From the NCBI RefSeq assembly GCF_006345805.1, contig NC_043016.1:29264001-29328000 (forward strand): 64,000 nucleotides of DNA, written 5' to 3'. Shown piece after piece: positions 55,205 through 64,000 of the stretch. Every line of letters begins with the position of its first letter. Within the stretch, counting starts at the first letter, position 1. The position numbers and the translations under genes are program-made. The notes beneath the pieces were generated by a model. That model saw only the letters and a program-made list of their open reading frames with translations. It made no database searches and was not told where the DNA came from. This DNA is from Octopus sinensis. Lineage: Eukaryota.

Positions 55205-56919
55205 CAGCTGGCACTACAGGGGATGCTCTTTTCATCAGTTGTTAACTTGAAATAACAATGATCATAGCACTTTCCAACAGTATTGTTTTCCCCTAAATAT
55301 AAAAGGAAAACTTCAAGAATTGAATTACATAATTGGCCTAAAAATTAATTTAAAACAACAACAAAAAAAAAATGTTGACAGACAATGCTTATATTGTTTT
55401 CCTAAAAATGATAACACAAGTTCCACAGTAGCAGCGAAATTTGGATTTATTTAAAATGCTGATGAAATATAAGCAAAACATTAAAAAATTTTTAAATATC
55501 AGCATTTTGATAACAATTATCTTGTTTGTTGTCTAGAAGAAAACTGTTTCCAAACTGTTTGTCCGACTGGTACTTGACATGGTTTGCATAATGGGAACTT
55601 TACCTTTTGTAGTAGGACTGGTTTAGCACAAAGATTTCTTACTGTGGCAGAAAGCCACAAATTTATAAGAAAGATGGTAATATTGTATAAATAGACCTCA
55701 GTACAACACTGGTATTACTTTTATTAACTACACATGGATAAAAGGCAACAATGTCCATTGTGGAATTTAAAGTTTGGGAATAACATTTACATCACATCTC
55801 TGTAGAATGGAACTACATGTTGTAAAGTCTGGAGATATGTGTGCTGCATGGCAGAACTTTGAACAAAAACCCAAGAGTATAATTTTCTATATGCATCAAT
55901 TTGTAGCATTAAAAATCTTTTAGTCCCTATTCATTATTGACCCTTTTGTTACCATATTTCTATTGAAATATACTTTACCTCAACTGATTTGCAAAATTAA
56001 TGAAGAATTTTGTGAAGTAACTTTGTTGTTGTTATGCTGATGAAATTTTGATGCCAGGTTCTAATTTAGATAATTATAAAAGAGGAAATTTATATCATGT
56101 AACTGAGAGCAGTTTGGGGTGGGTTGGTACTAAGGTTAAATCATTTTAAGGGTGAGTCTTGAAGTAGATACAGCTACAAATAGTAGCCAATAATATATAC
56201 TGGATTAAAAAACCCTTGGTTGGGAAAAATGGTCAATGGTTATGGACACAAACCAACAATACAGTGATGGAGGTAGGATTAGGAGAGCATAAAACAAAGA
56301 ATGGGTAGAGTAAGAACAAAATGCTATGGCACTTTACAATCTGAGTTCAAATCTTGACATGGTCATTTTTGTCCTTTCATCCTACAGGTGCTTTTAAAAT
56401 AAAGTATCAGTAATATATAAGGGTTCATATAACCAGTGAATTTGTCCTTCCCTGTTCCCACAAGAAAATTTTAAAATATCTGGCTTTTGGCATATTTAAG
56501 AAATCATTCTTTAGTTACACTGCTTTACATTCTCTGTTCAAACCTAACCAGGTTTGGACATTAGCTTCCATTGTTCCAGGGTTAAAAGATGTATCAGTCA
56601 AATAGGGTTAAAGTGACACTGAGCCATTCTAAAACCAGAACTGTGTGACCCTTGTGCCAATGATTAAAAGTAGACACACTAATTATATCTATCTCCTATT
56701 TTCATCACTCTTATGACAAGACAAAATTGTTAGAGTGTCAGGCAAAATGCATTGCACCATTTATTGCAGTTCTTTACATTGAGTTCAAATTCTGTCAAGG
56801 TAACTATGCCTTTCAATTCCATCAGGGTTATATAAAGCAATGGTCTGGGGTAGACATAACTAAACCCTACCCCAAAATGTCAGGCCTTGTATCTTTGCTG
56901 GAAACAATTGTTGATGTTG

Positions 56920-57885
56920 TTATTACCTCAGCCTTAGCGAAGGTGGAGATATTGTTTTCAGTCTGTGTGTATTTGTCCATGAACAAGATATCTCAAGAAC
57001 TGCTGGATGGATTTGAATGAAACTTTCAGGGATGTTTGTCCTTATGATTGGCACAAACTGATTAGATTTTGGAATCAATCTGGTACCGGACAAGGATTCT
57101 GGATTATTTGTTATATTTACTTTACATGAAGTATTACAATCTTACATTGACTTTCAAGTCTTTCTCTGATTATCTCCCTTGAAAGCACACTCATGGTTTC
57201 CACGTAAGTTATGATGGCATTGCAGTTTCCAAAGTTTAGTTTCATTTCTCTGTTAATTTTACTCACATCTCTTAGTAGAAACTGTTGGATAAAGAAATCA
57301 AACTACAGAAATAGCACTAACATATTCAGTAACAAAAATAAACTTAATTTATCCTCGACAATTTTGAGTTTTACCAATTTTTTAATATATCACTCCTGTT
57401 TAAACCTCTTACCTACTTGACAATTGCATTTCTAGCTCTGCCTTGAAGGAAGCTTTACTTCTTCGACTCACGTTTTTGTGTGCAATGCTGTTGACCATAT
57501 GCAGGCCTTTGTTTTTTTTCACTATTGACCCTAATGGTTGCAAAGACACTATATCAGTGGATAAACTAAAAAAGGCCTCATAGAGAAAACTGTCCCTGTT
57601 CCCACTGCAGACGACACGCACAGCATTACAAACATGGCCCACACACCCACCTTCACATTCCATGACTACCATTGGGATCAATCAGGGAATGGACAAGGAT
57701 TCTGGATTATTTTTCCAGTTTCTTTTAGTTGATTTTTGAGAGCAGTCGGGTTCATTTTTAGTATTCTCATTTGTGAGAGCAGTCAAGTTTATTTCAGATG
57801 TTCTCATTTTAAAAATCATCTCTGGCTAATCATTGAGAGGACATTGGTGTTGCCTTGGTGGAGGTTTGCACTGAGTGCTCTTGTT
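56920..57885 (+). mobile_element. Composite: 5' HINE (56920-~57272) + Gypsy integrase fragment + 3' HINE (~57673-57885)
   Basis: 57110-57272 is the reverse complement of 48430-48595; 57673-57885 matches 31765-31972; 57458-57583 reads THVFV..., PYAG..., FTIDPNGCKDTISVDKLKKA (frameshifted). Confidence 0.7.
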
Positions 57886-58439
57886 TTATTATTATAATTA
57901 GTCTGCTTGTCACAGCAATTGTTGTTAGTGATGTAATACAGGTGCCAACTGTTGACAATCAGTGGACTGAGGTGATACCTTCAATTGTCAAGCACATTTC
58001 TAAGTATTCTGACAGTTCCAAGGAGTGCTGTCTTCTGTAAGTGCCCCACACTGATATTGCCCACTAATGTTTTTTTTTAATAATTTTCAATTCTAGTGCT
58101 TACAGTACCAAATGTTCTGATTACAATCGGGATCACCTCAACTTTTTCCATTACCCACAAATGTTTTATCTGCCATGCTAGAGTTCATATCTCTCAATCA
58201 ACTTAAATTCTTTGTCACAAAACTTACAGTCAGGTGGACAAGCTACATCTAAAATAAAACAGTTTGTTAACCATTATAATATCTGGTTTGTAGTGTTCAA
58301 TTTTACGCTCACATTGTACCATAAAGTCATCTTCTACAATGCCATCTGGTTTGTGCTTATACCACAGGCTTGCTCTTTCAAGACTGTATTGGAATGTATG
58401 AAGATGAAACACCAAACAAAGTTTGAACTCTGATAGCTA

Positions 58440-58700
58440 CACTGCACTGATGGAGTTAAGAAATTAATTTTGTTTTGTTTGCTCCTTACACCTGTGTCAA
58501 ACCATCTTAAAAGGATTTTCAAAGAAGTTGAAACATATTGTAGACAAAAAAAAACATTGATAGGTGTCCTTGGGGGAGAGGCAGATGACATTCTGGCTGA
58601 AGAAAGATTTGGTAAAAACGCTTAATATGGAATGAATATAGAAGAAACAACAGATATAAGAAGGAAACAGGTACATCAGTACGCAAGGTTTGAGATAGTA
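58440..58700 (+). mobile_element. Possible hAT (Charlie-like) transposase remnant
   Basis: KKLKHI... and YGMNIEETTDIRRKQVHQYARF resemble the hAT FSI..DETTDI..K.QL...VR motif; highly decayed. Confidence 0.35.
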
Positions 58701-58899
58701 CATAGTTTCTAGTAGAGATAGAGGAAATCGTTTCCCCCAAGGCATGGAATAAATGTTATTTGAAATTTTAAGCCTTTAAAAAGGGAGAAATTCAAAAATT
58801 AAAAATGTTTGCACAAATCCTCAATTTGGCTTAACCTATGAGAATGAAATGTTCAGGAAATATCTCACAGAAATAAATGGTGAAACTTTGAAAAAGATC

Positions 58900-60954
58900 T
58901 GGGAATATAACCGATAGATCCCTGTTAAACTTGGCTGAAATGACCCAGCGTTCATTCTAGTAGTAACAGAAAGGACAGAGAAAAGAAACAGTTTGTATGC
59001 CGGTGTTGGCAATATATCCAATAAATATTTCAGAAACTAACAACGGCACGAAGTAATTAACGCTGCACTGTGATACTGAAAGTGAGAATCCAACGTTTTG
59101 GACTGTTTTTTTTTTTTTTTTCGTAGAGAAAGAGAAGGAAGGGGAAAAAAAAAAGAAGGTTCAGTAATAGTCCTATGGTAGACGATATTAGAAAATATGG
59201 TTGTTAGTTAATGAATCCTTTGCCAATAAGTAAAACAGTCCACTTTTTGATATGGACTCGGATAATTGTTGCTCCTAGACAGTAGGAACTTGTCAGATAT
59301 CAGAGGTAGAGTGCTCAAATATTTTCTGGTCGTGAAAAGGAATAAGTTCTTTGAGACACAAGGAAAGAGATTCTACTTTGAATGAGCCTGTATTATAATA
59401 TATCCTTCGTGAAAATTTAAGAAACTACACCATATATACAATATCGACAACGCAATATATTTAAAGCTGGAATTTAAGAAAAAAGTATATTTGAGTATTT
59501 TTGGCTGGCAAACATATGAAGAAGAAAAAAAAACGCATCAATGTTACTATTAAGTAAATAAAAGAAAGGTTCTCAGTTTTATCTAAAGACAGAATCATCC
59601 ATATAGAGAGTAAGAAGTCCAGACAAAACTAGCTAGAGTCCAACAGAATGTTATTACAATTCTTCAGCTTGATAAGTGATATTTGATCTGAGAGAGTGTG
59701 TGTTGAAACAAGCAATTCCACGATAGTTATATTTAGCCATTTAAAACGTAACACTGTTAAGATATTCACTTATTGCACATGCAAAAGACGAAAGAAAAGG
59801 CTTCGATATTTGATTATCAGAATAAGTGACTATAACAGCATGTGAGTATTTTAAATAGTGTTGAAATACACGACCCTGCCATGGTACAATACAAATATTA
59901 TTTAATGTAACTTTGTCGAAGGTGAAATTTGACAAAAGAAAAGAGAGCCAGATATGTCAACATACTGTAAGAAGCTTTTCTTTTCTGTCTTACAATGAAT
60001 GCCTTTAAGTTGCTAAAGTAGTAATTTGGTGCAAAGAGAAACTTACTAAGTGAAGAGGATGGAGGAGGTGGTAGTTTTAATTGCTGACAATTGCTGACTG
60101 AACATAAAAGAGCAGTGGGGGAAATGTACGATACAAACGTACACACACATGTATGCGTGTGTAAATAAGTGTTGGTGGGTGAAGATTCTAACATGTTATT
60201 ACATCACTACAAAACAACATAAGTGGTTTGTGAAAAGGGGTTACTTTCTTTCGTTCTTCTCTAAGCAACCTTATATCTTCGGGGGGATGTTCAGAAATAT
60301 AAGGGTATAGTGGAAGGGAAGGGTGCTGTCATTGTTTGATTAAGTTAAAACTGAAAGAAAACCACTTATTTCTCTTGCTCATTAACTGAGCTCGGGAGAA
60401 AACACAAGACAGAAGGGAAATAAATAAATGAAATACAGCAAATAACAATATCGGAGAAAAGAGGGTGAAGGAAAAAATTTTAATATTTCGTAAGTTGTCA
60501 GAAGAACAGAAAGGAAAGAAAGTTAGACAGGTAGTCAGGTCTGTTTAGGTGTATAGCAGCAAATTTAACTTTGAAACCCAGTCTGTTTATAGAATGAAAA
60601 CAATAACACGAGCTGATTCTACTACATACCACCACCTCCACACAAACATTCAGTAGCAACTACTTCCAAGCAAGACCTGTTAACAAGAAAATGAGAAAGC
60701 CATTTATTTAACTCTGTAACTCTTTCTCTGTACTCTTCTACACCTTTCTTTTTGCTTTTTCTTTAGCACACACCTTAACAACTGCTGAATTCGATGACTA
60801 ACAGTCGATAGTTTAACAGTCAATCCAAGTGAACTATTGAAAAAAAAAAAAAGGGTAGACAGTACGATTAATGTGTGTGTGTGTGTGTGTATACACAAAC
60901 ACATACATACGTTACTCGCTCCTTTAATTTCCCTTCTTATTTCTCCCTCTTTCA

Positions 60955-61002
<48 letters not shown>

Positions 61003-62600
61003 TTCTCTCTACTTCTGCTTCGGGGAAACCTTTTAAGTAATTAGGGAAGGGCGAGTTACAGGGTGTTTTGATGTAATGAAATAAAAACTCACCATAACTG
61101 AAAGGGTTTAGGCGAAATAAACCGGCACACCATAAACAAGTAAATCCAGGTGTGACCAAATCCAAAAAACTCGGCGCGTAATACGTATTAAATAATAGTA
61201 TCTTGTCGAAAGAACAAGAAAGAAAACAGAATATGTGTATAATAGAAAGCACTTGTTGGTTTGGTTTCCCTATTTCTTTTTGTCTCTTGTTTTTCTTCTT
61301 TCTATATACACCTTCACGAAACAAATGAACCTGTGAAGCGACAGGTCTTTTCTTTTTATTTTATATTCCACCACTATTTGTCTCGTTTTTTGAATGGTCG
61401 TCCCATTTCAAAAGTGATATTTGCATAAAGGAGGGTAAAACAATGGACTTCATAATATTCCATTAAATGTCACAGAACATTCCGAAAAACCTTGTATTTA
61501 TTTTTTCTTCTCTTCCACCGATTTCACATTTCTGGTAAGGCGCTTGGAGTTGTTTGGTTTGGTAAATTGGTTGATAAAATAGTAGCAACATATTGAATTG
61601 GACTGTGATTTATGTGATGTGACATGTGGACAGTCTTTCTTTTTTAAGTGTTGACACTTGTTTTGTTTTATTTTATTTTCGTCGTAGTAGTCGTCCTTCT
61701 TGTTCTTTCTTTTCTTTTTTCTGTTTTGTTTTTGTTTTTGCCTAATCTTTTGTTTTACTACGTAGGCATTTCTGAAACACACGCACACACTGTCAATGAT
61801 GGCTTCACAGTGGTTTACGAAAGTAAAGAAAGAGGAGAAGGATAGAGTTAGACAGAGATATTTGAGAGAGAGAGAGACAGAGTGAGTGTATGTGTGTGTG
61901 TGGGTGTGATAAAGAGCTTACATGTAAGTGAGTGGCGGCGGCGGCAGGAGAGTGATACACATGTAAGGTAGTAACTGTAAATATCAGTTTGCTTTATCAT
62001 TTGTTGTCACTGCTTTAATTATAAAGGGTAACCCGATCTGTAACCTTACACCACAGTAATAGGAGAAAGAAACAAGTGTGTGTGCGTGTGAGAGAGAGAG
62101 AGAGCGCACACACGTGTGTGTATTTCGGGACGAAGGTAGGGTTTCAATTTTGTACCTTTGCAGCTGATAATAGATTTAATTAGAGAAACAGGGCTACAAA
62201 GGACTTCGATGTTATGTCACCCTAATTCGAACAGCTGCATTAGAATAAATAAGAATAATAAAAAAAAAGGAAATAACAGTATCAGTCAATTAAAAAGACA
62301 ATCAGAAACTTATATATCGGAAGGAAAGATGTTGACCCTACACCAGGTAATAATGGAAATTACATACACACGCACACACAAGTGCCAATGAGGGACCCTA
62401 TGTGCTGTCTCTCGATCTGCTAGAAATAGCAGTACATTTCCCTTCAATACACCTTACCGCCTTAAAAATAAAAAGAACACCTTCGACCACATAGTCTGAT
62501 AAACAAACAGGGTGGTCACCGGTGGAATGCCTTTAATCACGGATTTACTTAATCGAGGCTAACTTAAGGCGGAAACTGACACAGAATCTTTCAGTCTATC
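58900..62600 (-). promoter_or_regulatory. TE-depleted promoter / 5'UTR / proximal intron-like island
   Basis: About 3.7 kb without the SINEs that recur every ~1 kb elsewhere; visibly more CpG (ctcggcgcgtaatacg at ~61171, ggcggcggcggc at ~61934); GA/GT microsatellites; contains the candidate ATG|GT exon end. Confidence 0.5.
61093..61095 (-). CDS. Candidate start codon at the 3' end of a putative first exon of the CAP-Gly gene
   Basis: Minus strand cagttATG|gtgagt (donor 61092->61087). Phase 0 matches the acceptor at 19792, giving M-AFQLPDKL with G at -3 and G at +4. Lies in a TE-free, CpG-richer island. A few such motifs are expected by chance in 64 kb, so tentative. Confidence 0.5.
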
Positions 62601-62696
62601 TATCTATGTCTGTGTTCGTGTGTGTTATGTGAGTACAAGTGTGTGTGTGTATGTGTACCTCTCGGTCTCTCTCTCTCTCTCTCTCTCTCTCCTCTC

Positions 62697-62739
<43 letters not shown>

Positions 62740-62863
62740 ATATATATATATATAATACATATATATTATATATAATATATTAATATATATTATATATATA
62801 TATATACATATATATTAGATATATATATATATATATACATTATTTATATTATATAAGATATAT

Positions 62864-62962
62864 NNNNNNNNNNNNNNNNNNNNNNNNNNNNNNNNNNNNN
62901 NNNNNNNNNNNNNNNNNNNNNNNNNNNNNNNNNNNNNNNNNNNNNNNNNNNNNNNNNNNNNN
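62864..62962. other. Assembly gap (99 N)
   Basis: Run of n next to a (TA)-rich tract. Confidence 0.99.
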
Positions 62963-63360
62963 NAGCAATGCTAGGGGGACAAACACAGAAACACACACAC
63001 ACGCATATATATATACATACATACAACGGGCTTCTTTCAGTTTCCGTCTACCAAATCCACTCACAAGGCATTGGTCGGCACGAGGCTATAGTAGAAGACA
63101 TTTGCCCATGGTGCCACGCAGTAGGACTGAACCCGGAACCATGTGGTTGGTAAACAAGCTACTTACCACATTCTTTTACTTGTTTCAATCATTTGACTGG
63201 AGCCATGCTGGAGCACCGCCTTTAGTCGAACAAATCGATCCCAGGACTTATTCTTTGTTAGCCTAGTACTTATTCTATCGATCACTTTTGCCGAAACGCT
63301 AAGTTACGAGGATTTGTGTGTATATATGTGTGTGTAAATGTATGTATGTATGTATGTATG

Positions 63361-63392
<32 letters not shown>

Positions 63393-63429
63393 AATGTTTG
63401 TTTGTTCGTTTGTTTGTATATACTGATAT

Positions 63430-63913
63430 GTAAAAGTAAGATTCAAGGTCCAGGTGTAGAAAGTTAGCAAGCTTCAAGCTGTCTCTAGAAAGTATAAAAA
63501 CAACTTTCGGGAACAACAGTGGTTTGTATTCTTCGATTTACTTTACTCTTTATTCTTCTATTTTATTCCTTATAAACTGTGAATTTCCCTATCTAGAACT
63601 TTCATACATACTCACCTTGTCAGATGACGGATCACCCAGTGAACGGACATGTTATCCTATCCCTTGGGATATCTCAGAAACAGCTGTAAAACTTCAAATT
63701 TACACTAATTAAATTATTCTACATGACTTGAGATACTCGTCCTCCTTGGTTTTATTGTCCTTTTCCTCTTAGTATAATATATACCTGGTAACACAGAAGC
63801 CTAATACGGATCCCTAGCTCCAGCTTCAGCTGTGAACTTTGAACCTAACGGATGACCATTTACAGAACTTGCTCAGCGTACCTATTCGTTTAGATCACTG
63901 GTGAACTAAACCC

Positions 63914-63925
<12 letters not shown>
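63430..63925 (+). mobile_element. Possible Penelope 3' end / pLTR remnant
   Basis: SRCRKLASFKL resembles the C-terminal CRH-type motif of PLE GIY-YIG domains; downstream CAGATGA...GAAACAGCTGTA resembles a degenerate minimal hammerhead; ends at (TA)n. Confidence 0.4.
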
Positions 63926-63965
<40 letters not shown>

Positions 63966-64000
63966 ATATACGAGCAAAATGCCCCTCGTCCATGGACGGT

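Noticed and set aside
60704-61324. 206-aa minus-strand ORF
   Set aside because: Runs through (GA)n, (CA)n and poly-T/A tracts and across the candidate donor; no domain signature.

Overview
Eukaryotic, AT-rich, microsatellite- and SINE-saturated DNA. The repeat families (tRNA-headed SINEs with CORE-like and RTE-type tails, Penelope relics, mariner MITEs, Helentron-type HINEs) point to an octopus genome; this is recognition, not a database result. One protein-coding gene is supported, on the minus strand: a 2446-bp internal exon (19792->17347, canonical AG/GT ends) encoding a CAP-Gly domain, a long Q/P/Y/H-rich low-complexity tract and an acidic Ser-rich region (CLIP-170/restin-like is plausible, not certain). 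A phase-compatible ATG|GTGAGT first exon may lie at ~61093 in a TE-free promoter-like island, which would make ~19.8-61.1 kb one 41-kb intron. Almost all other ORFs in the track are microsatellite, SINE or antisense artefacts. No multi-gene system is evident. Most interesting observations: (1) a full-length U6 snRNA pseudogene joined directly to the 5' end of a SINE; (2) a tRNA-headed element with a minimal hammerhead ribozyme in its tail, in a window that also holds Penelope relics; (3) a ~1.27-kb spacer-less palindrome apparently made by fold-back at a (TA)n tract inside a SINE; (4) a fold-back MITE with a telomere-like G-quadruplex motif in its loop; (5) a Gypsy integrase fragment between two Helentron-type elements. 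Repeat coordinates are by eye (about +/-10-20 bp).
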